Assembly: GCA_963813335.1 (NCBI GenBank)
Contig: CAWEYL010000004.1
Span: 1-64,000 of the forward strand
Length of the DNA stretch: 64,000 bases
Direction of reading: 5' to 3'
DNA from: an uncultured Chloroflexia bacterium
Lineage (GTDB): Bacteria > Chloroflexota > Limnocylindria > Limnocylindrales > CSP1-4
The notes under the pieces were generated by a model. That model worked only from the letters and a program-made list of their open reading frames with translations. It made no database searches and had not been told where the DNA came from. Position numbers and translations under genes: made by a program. This document shows, in pieces, positions 18,232 to 27,289 of the stretch (position 1 is its first letter; every line of letters starts with the position of its first letter).

Positions 18232-19290
18232 TCAGACCCCGAGTTCGCTCGAGGCGAGCGCGGTCCCCTGGACCCTCGCCGCGATCTTCGCGAATGCCGT
18301 GTCCCGCGACGTCGAGGTGTCGTCGCCGAACGGGGAGAAGCCGCAGTCGTCGGTGGTGCCCAGGTGGTCGAGGTCGATGTGACGGGCGGCGTGGAGGATC
18401 CGGTCGCGGACGACCTCGGGTGTCTCGATCCGCGAGTCGATCGGGTCGATCACGCCGACGAAGACCCGCCGATCCCCCGTGGCGAGCCCACCGAGGACCT
18501 TGAGGACCCCGTCCGGATCCGCCTCGCTGGCGAGCTGGACGTAGAAGTTGTCCACGTTGAGCCGGAACAGGGCCGGGAGCAGGGCGGCGTAGTCGATATC
18601 GGCACTGTGGGTCGAGTCCTGGTCGCCGCCCGGGCAGGAGTGGACGCCGACCTTTCGGCGCTCCTCGTCGCTGAGCTGGTCGAGGACCCGGTTGTTGAGG
18701 GCGACGAACGCGTCCAGCAGCCCGCCGGACGGGTCGAGCTTGAGCGACAGGCGCGCCTCGGTGAAGTCGATCTGGACGATCGCCCCTCGATCGAGGCAGC
18801 CCCGGATCTCGGACAGCGCCTCGGCCACGAGGTCCTCGACGAACGCGTCGCGCGAGTAGCCGTCCATCCCGTCGCCCGGGTACATCAGGCTGATCGCCGA
18901 CGCCGAGATGACAGCCTGCTTCAGCTGCGCCGTCGTCAGGCCCTTCGCGCCGTCGAGATACTCGTAGGCCTTCGTGGCGTAGCGGAACGGGCTCGTCGTC
19001 AGGACCGGCAGCTGCCGCGTGTGCCCGTCCTCGAAGGGGATCGTGACCCCGCCCCCGGCGAGGGGCAGGCCGGCGACCGGGTACGTGGCGAAACTGGGTT
19101 TGCGCTGCTCGCCGTCGGTGACCACCAGGGACCCGGTCGCCTCGAAACGGCGGAGCGTGTCGCGGACGGCGTCGTCGAACAGGGCCTCGAGCTGCTCGGA
19201 CGAGATGGTCCCGGCGGCGGCGGCGGCCATGCCCGCCTGCAGCTCCGGGGAGCGGGGGATGCTGCCGATCGGTTCAGTGGGGAGTGTCAT
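18232..19290 (-). CDS. cobalamin-independent methionine synthase II family protein
   Basis: IGSIPR, TDGEQ, HSCPG, DDCGF. Confidence 0.85.
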   Translation of the reverse strand: MTLPTEPIGSIPRSPELQAGMAAAAAGTISSEQLEALFDDAVRDTLRRFEATGSLVVTDGEQRKPSFATYPVAGLPLAGGGVTIPFEDGHTRQLPVLTTSPFRYATKAYEYLDGAKGLTTAQLKQAVISASAISLMYPGDGMDGYSRDAFVEDLVAEALSEIRGCLDRGAIVQIDFTEARLSLKLDPSGGLLDAFVALNNRVLDQLSDEERRKVGVHSCPGGDQDSTHSADIDYAALLPALFRLNVDNFYVQLASEADPDGVLKVLGGLATGDRRVFVGVIDPIDSRIETPEVVRDRILHAARHIDLDHLGTTDDCGFSPFGDDTSTSRDTAFAKIAARVQGTALASSELGV

Positions 19291-19331
19291 GGGTAGATGC
19301 TAGCGGGCGTCACGGGGCCTTGGCCAGATGG

Positions 19332-19349
19332 TGCGGCATACTTGCCGCA
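19332..19349. promoter_or_regulatory. perfect palindrome, putative operator
   Basis: TGCGGCA-TACT-TGCCGCA between divergent genes, overlapping CATACT. Confidence 0.45.
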
Positions 19350-19376
19350 TCCTTGCAGCCTCAGGAGAACGCCCGC

Positions 19377-19994
19377 ATGGCCCGTGACGAAGAACGCCTC
19401 GAACGAGCGCAGGAAGACCCCATCGTCGGCGGCCTGCCTGACGTCCCCGGGATCCTGACCGCGTTGCGCCTGACCCCGCAGCTCGGCATCCACCTGCGCG
19501 GCCTGGCCGACGAGCTGCTCGTCGACGACTTCGCCGGCGCCACCATCAGCCGCTCCGAGCGCGAGATGCTCGCCACCGCCGTTTCGGCCGCCAACGACTG
19601 CTTCTACTGCATGGATTCCCACGGCGCCTTCGCAAGCGCCCTGCTGGAAGTCGATGGCGCGACGGATCGGCTGCCGCTGGTCGACGTGATCAAGGTCGGC
19701 TCGTCCGAGGGCTTCGACGACAAGATGCGCGCCCTGCTGCACATCGCCCGGACCGTCCGGGGCGAGCCGCGGGACCTGACAGCGGACGACATCGCGGCGG
19801 CGCATGCCGCCGGCGCGAGCGATGCCGACGTGCAGCTGGCCGTGCTCATCGCCGCGGCCTTCTCGATGTACAACCGGATGGTCGAGGGCTTCCGGGCCCG
19901 GACCCTGCCGACGCCCGATGCCTACCGCGGCCGGGCCGCGGAGATCGCGGCGCACGGCTACAGCGACAACCGCGTCACCGCCGTCCCGAGCTAG
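19377..19994 (+). CDS. carboxymuconolactone decarboxylase/AhpD-like peroxidase-related protein
   Basis: EREMLATAVSAANDCFYCMDSH and MYNR motifs; AGGAG RBS. Confidence 0.85.
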   Translation: MARDEERLERAQEDPIVGGLPDVPGILTALRLTPQLGIHLRGLADELLVDDFAGATISRSEREMLATAVSAANDCFYCMDSHGAFASALLEVDGATDRLPLVDVIKVGSSEGFDDKMRALLHIARTVRGEPRDLTADDIAAAHAAGASDADVQLAVLIAAAFSMYNRMVEGFRARTLPTPDAYRGRAAEIAAHGYSDNRVTAVPS

Positions 19995-21361
19995 GGCCCC
20001 GGGCTCCCGGAGCCAGGATCCACCGGGCGGTCGGGTTCCTTCCCGGACCGGCCGACCACGCGCTCCACGGGAGCGACGAGGTAGACCTCGATGCCGCCCG
20101 CGACGGCGTCCACGGCCGGCGTCACGAGCTGCTCGCGCACCCGCTGCACCGCCATCACGAGGATGTCGCCCGAGGCGACGCCGGTCCCCACCAGGAACGC
20201 CGCACCGGCGGCTGCCAGCAGGCCGCTGACCCTCGCGACATCCGTGGCGGCGAGCATCGCCTGGACCAGCTGCAGGCCCGGCAGCAGCGGGAGGATCGCC
20301 GGCACGACCCAGAGCGCGGCTGGGGCCCCGTCGTGCCGGGCGAGCAGCCGGCCCGCCACGCCGATCGAGATCGCCGCTCCGAGCGTCGCCAGCGACGGGT
20401 CGAGCAGGCCGGCGTCGGTGACCGCGATGAACGCGAGCCACGCGGCACCGCCGAGCGCGGCGGCCTGGGCGACGGCGCCCGTCGGCACCCCGAGCCGGAT
20501 CGCGAATGCCCCGACCGCGATGAATGCGGCCACTCCGGCAACGGCCAGGCCCCACTCGGCCCGCCCGACGGTCACGATCGAGAGGTAGACCTCGAAGCGG
20601 GTCGCAACAGCCAGGCCCAGCACCGTCCCGCCGGCCACGCCGGCCGCCAGCAGGAGCGCCTCGGCGAGGCGCGCGGAGCCGGAGATCATCGACTGGTCGA
20701 TGAGGTCCCGGAACCCGGACACCAGCGCGTAGCCGGGCAGGAACCGCAGGAGGCTGCCCGTGAGCACGAGCCCACCGGTGATCGGCACGCCGAGCTTGAC
20801 GATCAGCGCCACCAGGAGCGCGGACGCCGCCGAGCCGAACACCACGCGGAAGAACGGCGGGAGCGTCGAGCGGTCGAGCAGGCTGAGCGCCGGCTGCACG
20901 AGCAGGGCGATCAACAGGGTCATCGCCGCGTCGAGGACATTGCCGCCGAAGACGATCGTCGAGGCGGCCGCCGAGACGCCCGGGACCAGGAACGAGACCA
21001 CCGGCCCATAGGGCGACGGCTGCTGCTCGAGCGACGCGAGGGCGGCCTCCGCCTCGTCGATGGGGAGCCCGCCATCGCGGACGCGGCGCACGAGCGACGC
21101 CGCGGCGGCCAGGCGCGCGAACTCCGCGGTCCGGTCGCGCACGATGTGCAGCAGCGTGGTCGGCGCCTCCAGGTCGTGCGGATCGTGCGAGATCGAGATG
21201 CTCGAGAAGTAGACCGAGGCCTGCACGCCCGTCACGCCATACGCGGCCGCGACGGCCACGGCGGCGGCCTCGACATCGTCGGTCTGGGCGCCGGAGCTGA
21301 GCATGGCGACGGCGGTCCGCATCGCCACCCGCAGGACGCGGGCGGTCTCCTGCGGCGTCAC
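19991..21361 (-). CDS. threonine/serine exporter ThrE family
   Basis: ML.SGA.T..VE, LPG..L..G.RDL...SG.ARL, about 10 TM segments. Confidence 0.82.
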   Translation of the reverse strand: MTPQETARVLRVAMRTAVAMLSSGAQTDDVEAAAVAVAAAYGVTGVQASVYFSSISISHDPHDLEAPTTLLHIVRDRTAEFARLAAAASLVRRVRDGGLPIDEAEAALASLEQQPSPYGPVVSFLVPGVSAAASTIVFGGNVLDAAMTLLIALLVQPALSLLDRSTLPPFFRVVFGSAASALLVALIVKLGVPITGGLVLTGSLLRFLPGYALVSGFRDLIDQSMISGSARLAEALLLAAGVAGGTVLGLAVATRFEVYLSIVTVGRAEWGLAVAGVAAFIAVGAFAIRLGVPTGAVAQAAALGGAAWLAFIAVTDAGLLDPSLATLGAAISIGVAGRLLARHDGAPAALWVVPAILPLLPGLQLVQAMLAATDVARVSGLLAAAGAAFLVGTGVASGDILVMAVQRVREQLVTPAVDAVAGGIEVYLVAPVERVVGRSGKEPDRPVDPGSGSPGP

Positions 21362-21438
21362 GCGTCACCCATCGTCGGAGGATACGTCCTCACCGACGGC
21401 CGACGGGCAGGTCGGGTCTCCGATGACCCGACCTGGGT

Positions 21439-22401
21439 CTACGGGCCGCCGACCACCCGGAGCGAGCCGACCCCGCCGCGGACATCGATGTCGACGTGGT
21501 TTGCCGCGGTGCCGTAGTCCAGCGACTGGTAGAGGTCGCCGACCCGCGGGAACCGCGCCGGGTCGATCTGGTTGCTGCCGAGCGCCATCCGGGAACGGAT
21601 CCGCGCGGCGACCCCGGCCGGGACCTCGATCGTCAGCGACGCGGCACCGGCCTCCGCGGTGACCGAGGTCGCACCCGCGGCACGTGGCAGGCGGACGCGG
21701 GTGTCGCTCGCGCCGGTGTGCAGGTCGAGCGTCGCGAGACGCAGGTCGCTGAGGTCGATGATCCCGCGATAGGCACCGACCTGGAGGCGCAGGTCCAACG
21801 GCACCTCGCCGGTCAGGCCGATGTCCCAGCGCGAGTCCCGGTCGAGCCACGGGATGCCGTCGAACTCCTGCTCCAGCTCCACCTGGCCCGGGCCGTGGGT
21901 CCGACTCTTGACCCCGCCCAGGAACGACCCGTCGACGAGCGCGCCCGGCGCGGCTCGGTGGATGGCCAGCTCCCCTGCCCCGAACTTGATCTCGACCCTC
22001 GCCTGACGGGCCTCGCCGAGCGGCACGACGAGCGCTTCCACGGCTGCACCTCCCGGCACGAACGCCCCGATCAGGAACCAGACGCCCAGGATCACGAGGG
22101 CCCACGGCCACCATTCGGAGATGAGCTCGCCTGGCCCGACGCCGAGGGATCCGGTGGTGCTGGCCAGCAGGATCAGGCCGACGACGACCCACGCGACCGG
22201 CCACGTCAGCGCCCAGAGGATCCTCGACCCGCGGGCGCCGCGGACCAGGGCCGACACCCCGCCGGCGAAGCCGGCCAGGATCAGGAAGAGCGGCCACGCC
22301 TCGCCCCACGACCAGTCCATCGCCTGGCGGACCAGGAAGACGACCCCCAGGCCGATCAGCCAGGTCGCGCCGATCACCGAGCCGCGACGGGCCGCCATCA
22401 C
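21439..22401 (-). CDS. LiaF-TM/DUF5668-like membrane protein with a beta-repeat (toast-rack-like) domain
   Basis: repeated WP..LI..G TM hairpins, then GAG.L/DLS.L/GAS repeats. Confidence 0.65.
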   Translation of the reverse strand: MMAARRGSVIGATWLIGLGVVFLVRQAMDWSWGEAWPLFLILAGFAGGVSALVRGARGSRILWALTWPVAWVVVGLILLASTTGSLGVGPGELISEWWPWALVILGVWFLIGAFVPGGAAVEALVVPLGEARQARVEIKFGAGELAIHRAAPGALVDGSFLGGVKSRTHGPGQVELEQEFDGIPWLDRDSRWDIGLTGEVPLDLRLQVGAYRGIIDLSDLRLATLDLHTGASDTRVRLPRAAGATSVTAEAGAASLTIEVPAGVAARIRSRMALGSNQIDPARFPRVGDLYQSLDYGTAANHVDIDVRGGVGSLRVVGGP

Positions 22402-22997
22402 GCGGGTCCGCCGCTCGTTCCCGACGGGCCGGGGGTGCCGCCGGCACCCGGGGCCGCCGGTGGGCGGCCCGTGTCATGGCCGCGCTCCAGGGCCGCGACC
22501 AGCAGCAGGATGCCGAGGGCGATCAGCATGACCGGCCAGAGCCAGTCGAAATCGATCTGCGGGAGCCACTGCCGGACGAGGAAGACGACGCCGATGACGA
22601 TGAGCAGGCCGCCGAAGACGACCCCGACGCTTGACGGACCACGCCGGCGCTCGGCGCGTCGGGCGGCCCTGGCCCGGGCGCGCGCGGCCCGCGCCTCGGC
22701 CCGCGACCACGCGGGGTTCGCCGCGGCGGGCTGGCCCGTGGCCGGTGTGCCGGCGGCAGGTGTGCCGGCGGCAGGTGCGCCGGCGTCCGCCGGCGCGGGC
22801 TCCCAGGCGTCGGGGCGCTCGGGGACCACGATGGCCATCACGATGTAGACGAGCAGGGCGATGCCACCCGTGAAGAAGGCGAGCAGCGCCCACACGATCC
22901 GGACCACGGACGGGTCGGCGTCCCACATCTCCGCCAGGCCGCCGGCCACGCCGGCGAGCATCCGGTCATCGGTCGATCGATACAGCCGATCGTCCAT
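22398..22997 (-). CDS. pspC: PspC domain-containing protein
   Basis: RLYRSTDDRMLAGVAGGLAE..DP..VR..Y..AIVVPE; GGAGG RBS. Confidence 0.88.
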   Translation of the reverse strand: MDDRLYRSTDDRMLAGVAGGLAEMWDADPSVVRIVWALLAFFTGGIALLVYIVMAIVVPERPDAWEPAPADAGAPAAGTPAAGTPATGQPAAANPAWSRAEARAARARARAARRAERRRGPSSVGVVFGGLLIVIGVVFLVRQWLPQIDFDWLWPVMLIALGILLLVAALERGHDTGRPPAAPGAGGTPGPSGTSGGPA

Positions 22998-22998
22998 C

Positions 22999-23949
22999 TC
23001 AGCATCCTCCATCCGGGTCCAGCGTGAAGCTGGCCGCATTGCCGTCGATCGTCAGCTCGATGACCCCGCCGCTCGCGCCGGTCCGCGTCCAGGTGTTCCC
23101 GTCGCGGGCAAGCCCGCGTCCGCCCAGGTTGTGGACGAACGTGAGCTGGTCGGTCATGTGCAGGACGAGGGTCACGCCGTCAGGCACGCACAGGTCCATC
23201 GCGCCGGCATTCGCCGCCAGCCGTCCCTGGGTCGGGCCCTGTCCGAGGGTGACCCGTGCCCGCCCGGCATTGATCGAGATGTCCACCCGAGCGGTCGCTG
23301 CGTGGCCCCCGTCGATGCGCAGGTCGGCCGCGTTCACCTCGGCATCCAGCCTGTCGAGCGTCATCCCGGCCAGGTCCAGCGACGCCTTCGCGGCGTTGGC
23401 GGTGAGGTCCAGCTCGCGCGTCGATGCCGTCGGCAGGCCGACGGCCCAATGCTGGTAGTGGTCGCCAGGCAGGTCTGGCGAGGCGATGCGCAGGCTCGAG
23501 CCGGATGCGGTCACGATCGGCGGGTTCCCTCGGTAGTCCGCGCTCAGCGTCCAGGCGTTGGCGGTGGCGGGCCCGACGGTGGCCTCACCGCAGTCCAGCC
23601 TGAGGTCGACCTTGCCGGGCGGGTCGAGGGCGCCGCCGTTCGTGAGGTGATCGGTCGCGGGCGGCGTGCCGACACACGAGCCGAAGGCCCCGAGCCACGA
23701 GCCGCCGGACGCGAGCGCCGCGCCGCCGGCGACCCCAAGGACGAGGGCGAGGATGACGGTGATCGCCAGCCCGGCCCGGCCACGGCCGAGCAGGATGGCG
23801 AGACCGAGGCCGACCAGGAGGAGCGGCCAGAGGCGCCATACGTCGGCGAAGGCCGACGCGTCGAGGTATCCGCCACGGACCAGCAGCGGGATGCCGCCGA
23901 GCGGGATGAGCAGGAGGCCCCAGAAGAGCGGGCCGCGTCGAAGGCGCAT
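22999..23949 (-). CDS. LiaF-like/DUF5668 membrane protein with a beta-repeat domain
   Basis: LFWGLLLI..WRLWPLLLVGLG, then NAA/NAG repeats. Confidence 0.65.
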   Translation of the reverse strand: MRLRRGPLFWGLLLIPLGGIPLLVRGGYLDASAFADVWRLWPLLLVGLGLAILLGRGRAGLAITVILALVLGVAGGAALASGGSWLGAFGSCVGTPPATDHLTNGGALDPPGKVDLRLDCGEATVGPATANAWTLSADYRGNPPIVTASGSSLRIASPDLPGDHYQHWAVGLPTASTRELDLTANAAKASLDLAGMTLDRLDAEVNAADLRIDGGHAATARVDISINAGRARVTLGQGPTQGRLAANAGAMDLCVPDGVTLVLHMTDQLTFVHNLGGRGLARDGNTWTRTGASGGVIELTIDGNAASFTLDPDGGC

Positions 23950-24066
23950 GGCGTCTCCAGCAGACTCTGGGTGTCGATGGGCGGCACGATGCCGCACCGC
24001 ATGTACCAATTAAAAGCCTGCGCGGCAAGTCCGCCTCGCCGCGCGTGCCGACGGTCACGACCCGGC

Positions 24067-24080
24067 GGGTCGAAGGTCCC
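24067..24080. promoter_or_regulatory. single DosR-like box
   Basis: GGGTCGAAGGTCCC. Confidence 0.45.
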
Positions 24081-24164
24081 GCCGTGCTGCCGGCGGGCCC
24101 CGTCGTCAGGCGATCCAGACCATGGGCCGGATCGTCTTGATCACCTCCGCCCGGAGTGCCCCAG

Positions 24165-24662
24165 TCAGGCGGCGATGGTCTGCTCGGCGATGTCGATCAC
24201 GACCTCGCTGACGCCTCCGCCGAGCGCTCGCTCGACCGTGGGTCGGCCAAGGCTCCGGAGCAGCCGCTGGATCGGCGCGTTGTCCGCGAACATGGTGGCG
24301 GTGAGTCGCGTGACACCTTCGGCGCGCGCCCAGGCGACGCCAGCCGCCAGCAGTCGTCCCCCGATGCCGACGCCCTGGAACTCGCCGGCGACGGCCACGG
24401 CCACCTCGGCGGTCTCGGCGCCGTCGGGCTCCATGCACAGGTGGCCGACGATGCGATCGCCGTCGGGTCCGGTCACCACCGCGACGAACCCGTCGCGGTG
24501 CGCATGGTCGGGCGTGCAGAACGAGATCGCCTGCGCCTCGCTCAGACGGGCGCCGACGTGCAGGAACCGCGTGCGCCGGTCCTCTGCGGAGAGTCCTGCG
24601 TAGAACTGCTCGAGCAGGGGGACGTCGGCCGGGTCGATCGGGCGGATCAGGGGCGTCGTCAT
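24165..24662 (-). CDS. GNAT N-acetyltransferase (Pat/protein lysine acetyltransferase-like)
   Basis: IRPI.P.D, LS...RF, AEVAVAV..FQGVGIG, ADN. Confidence 0.85.
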   Translation of the reverse strand: MTTPLIRPIDPADVPLLEQFYAGLSAEDRRTRFLHVGARLSEAQAISFCTPDHAHRDGFVAVVTGPDGDRIVGHLCMEPDGAETAEVAVAVAGEFQGVGIGGRLLAAGVAWARAEGVTRLTATMFADNAPIQRLLRSLGRPTVERALGGGVSEVVIDIAEQTIAA

Positions 24663-24698
24663 GGCCCCACCATACGTGGTGCCGCGGCGACGCGGGCA

Positions 24699-24795
24699 GG
24701 GTCGGACGGCCCTCGGCGCGCAGGTGCTTCGGCCCGAATGCCGTCGGGGCCGCGAAGCACGGCCGTCCGTCACGTCGGGGCGGGACCTTCGGCCC
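24699..24795. promoter_or_regulatory. four DosR-like boxes in a divergent promoter
   Basis: GGGTCGGACGGCCC (24699), AGGTGCTTCGGCCC (24722), CGGCCGTCCGTCAC (24760), GGGACCTTCGGCCC (24782). Confidence 0.7.
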
Positions 24796-24830
24796 TCGTC
24801 GGACGCCCATGCCCCAGCAACGATGGGCCC

Positions 24831-25307
24831 ATGGAGACCTCCGCCCTGACCGAGCTGCTCGGTGCGACCTGGTTCGGTGCCGACATGTCGGTCAAGACCC
24901 GGGCCCGCCTGGCTGCCGTCGGGCACCTGGTCGACTTCCCGGACGGGGCGGTCATCGTCCGCGAAGGCACCCCTTGCGAGGAGATGGGTGTCATCGTCCA
25001 AGGTCGGGTCGCGCTCCGGATGGCCCTCGCCGGCGGCCAGGACCGGACGATCCTGACCGTCGAGCCGGGCGACGTCTTCGGCTGGTCGGCAGTGGTCGCG
25101 CCGGGCATGGCCACGTCCACCTGCGTCGCGGTGGGGCCCACCCAGGCCGTGCTGTTCGACGGCGTCGACCTGCGCCTTGCCCTGGCCATCGACAGCGACC
25201 TCGCCTCGGTCATCTACCAGCGCCTGCTCGCCTGCGTGATCCGCCGCCTGATGGCGACCCGGATCCAGCTCCTGGACCTGTACCGACCCGGGAACGAGCC
25301 GTGGTGA
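24831..25307 (+). CDS. stand-alone cyclic nucleotide-binding domain protein
   Basis: G.VIVREG, G.V, PGDVFGWS; no HTH; C-terminal ATRIQLLDLY. Confidence 0.82.
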   Translation: METSALTELLGATWFGADMSVKTRARLAAVGHLVDFPDGAVIVREGTPCEEMGVIVQGRVALRMALAGGQDRTILTVEPGDVFGWSAVVAPGMATSTCVAVGPTQAVLFDGVDLRLALAIDSDLASVIYQRLLACVIRRLMATRIQLLDLYRPGNEPW

Positions 25308-27289
25308 TGGCCGGACCGCGGTTCCTGGTCCGCCCGGACCTGGACCGCCTGTTCGACGCGCTGCGCGCCGAGGGCCGCCAGGTCCTGGGCCCGACCGTCG
25401 CCGACGGCGCGGTCGTCTACGACGAGATCGCGAGCGCGGCGGACCTCCCCGTCGGATGGACGAGCGAGTCGGCGCCCGGGGCATACCGGCTGACCGAGTC
25501 CGGCAGCGAGCGGGCGTTCGACTACGGCGTTGCGCTGACCGCCTGGAAGCGATTCACCCATCCCTCGTTCGTGCCCCTGACGCGTGCGACCAGGGACGGT
25601 GCATCGGTCACGGTCGTGCCGGTCGTCGAACCGGCGCCGAAGGTGGCGTTCGTCGGGGTCCGGGCGTGTGAGCTGGCCGCCCTCGCGATCCAGGAGCGTG
25701 CGATGCGGGCCGGCCCTGTCGGCGACGCGGACCACGCCGCGCGACGAGACGCCGCCGTGGTGGTGGCCGTCGAGTGCGCCCAGGCGACCAGCACCTGTTT
25801 CTGCACATCCATGGGGACCGGGCCCGAGGTCGGCGACGGTGCGGACCTCGTCCTGGCCGAGCTTGACGCGGGGTTCACGGTCCGTGCCGGCAGCGACGCG
25901 GGGGCCGCGATCCTCGAGCGACTCGACCTGCGCGACGCCACGGCTGCGGAGGTGGCCGACGCCAGCGCCCAGGTCGCCGCGGTCCGGACGGCCATCGGCG
26001 ACCCGGTGGCGACCGAGGGCCTCCCGCAACGGCTGCGCGCCGCCCTCGACCACCCGCGCTGGGCCGAGGTCGGCCATCGCTGCCTGGCCTGCGCCAACTG
26101 CACGCTCGTCTGCCCGACCTGCTTCTGCACGAGCGTCAGCGTCGCCTCGGATCTCGATGGCATCGAGGGCAGCACGGCACGCGAATGGGACTCCTGCTTC
26201 AGCCTGGGCTTCGGGCGGGTCGCCGGCGACGCGAACTTCCGTGGGCGGACCAGCGACCGCTACCGCCAGTGGCTGACCCACAAGTTCTCGACATGGTGGG
26301 ACCAGTTCGGCTCCAGTGGCTGCGTCGGCTGCGGCCGCTGCGTCGCCTGGTGCCCGGTCGGCATCGACGTGCGCGAGGAGCTGGGCGCCATCGCCCCGGT
26401 CTTCGCCCCGAGCGGGCCGATCCCCTGGCCGCCGTCCCCGGCCGAGGGCCGTGCTCCCGCGCCGCTGGCGGTCGTGGAGCCGGCGACCCATGCGATCGCG
26501 ACGGTCCGCTCCGAGACCCCGGAGACCGCCGACACCGTGACCCTGCGCCTGGAGACGTCCGACCCCGCGCTGCTGGCGGCCCGTCCCGGGCAGTTCGTGA
26601 TGGTCGAGCTGCCGGCGTTCGCCGCGCCTCCGATCTCGATCTCGCGCATCCGGCCCGACAGCCTGGACCTGACCATCCGCGCCGCAGGTCCCGCGACCGC
26701 CGCCCTGACCGGTCTGGGCGCCGGCGCCGAGGTCGCCCTGCGCGGGCCGCTCGGCCGCGGCTGGCCGCTCGAGACGACCATCGGCCGTGACGTGGTGATC
26801 GTCGCCGGCGGGATCGGCCTGGCCCCCCTCCGCCCGCTCATCGACGCAGTCCTCGAGGACCGCCCGAGGGTCGGCGCCATCCGCCTGTACCTCGGTGCGC
26901 GGACGCCGCGCGACCGGCTCTTCGTGGCCGAGATGGCCGCCCTTGCCGGCCGGGCCGACGTCGAGGTCGCGGAGATCGTGGACCGGGCGGGGCCGGACTG
27001 GCTCGGCCGGGTGGGCATCGTCACCCAGCTCTTCGACCACGCCACCTGGGACGGCAAGCGGGTCACCGCCTTCGTCTGCGGACCGGAGCGGATGATGCAG
27101 GCGACGACGTCCACGCTGGCCCGCCTCGGCGTCGATCCCGCCGCCACGTGGCTGACGCTCGAGCGGAACATGGCATGCGGCGTCGGCACCTGCGGCCACT
27201 GCCAGCTGGGGCCCTTCTTCGTGTGCCGCGACGGCCCCGTCTTCTCGGTCGCCGAGCTCGGCAGCGCCTTCGGGCGCGAGGGGCTGTGA
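25307..27289 (+). CDS. group 3b hydrogenase fused beta (4Fe-4S, AsrA-like) and gamma (FAD/NAD, AsrB-like) subunits
   Basis: CFCTS, CLACANCTLVCPTCFC, CVGCGRCVAWCP; then PGQF, GPLG, AGGIGLAPLR, CGPE, MACGVGTCGHC..VCRDGP. Confidence 0.85.
   Translation: MAGPRFLVRPDLDRLFDALRAEGRQVLGPTVADGAVVYDEIASAADLPVGWTSESAPGAYRLTESGSERAFDYGVALTAWKRFTHPSFVPLTRATRDGASVTVVPVVEPAPKVAFVGVRACELAALAIQERAMRAGPVGDADHAARRDAAVVVAVECAQATSTCFCTSMGTGPEVGDGADLVLAELDAGFTVRAGSDAGAAILERLDLRDATAAEVADASAQVAAVRTAIGDPVATEGLPQRLRAALDHPRWAEVGHRCLACANCTLVCPTCFCTSVSVASDLDGIEGSTAREWDSCFSLGFGRVAGDANFRGRTSDRYRQWLTHKFSTWWDQFGSSGCVGCGRCVAWCPVGIDVREELGAIAPVFAPSGPIPWPPSPAEGRAPAPLAVVEPATHAIATVRSETPETADTVTLRLETSDPALLAARPGQFVMVELPAFAAPPISISRIRPDSLDLTIRAAGPATAALTGLGAGAEVALRGPLGRGWPLETTIGRDVVIVAGGIGLAPLRPLIDAVLEDRPRVGAIRLYLGARTPRDRLFVAEMAALAGRADVEVAEIVDRAGPDWLGRVGIVTQLFDHATWDGKRVTAFVCGPERMMQATTSTLARLGVDPAATWLTLERNMACGVGTCGHCQLGPFFVCRDGPVFSVAELGSAFGREGL

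Noticed and set aside
22741-22790. 15-bp tandem repeat
   Set aside because: It encodes the AAGTP low-complexity linker in PspC and is not an array.
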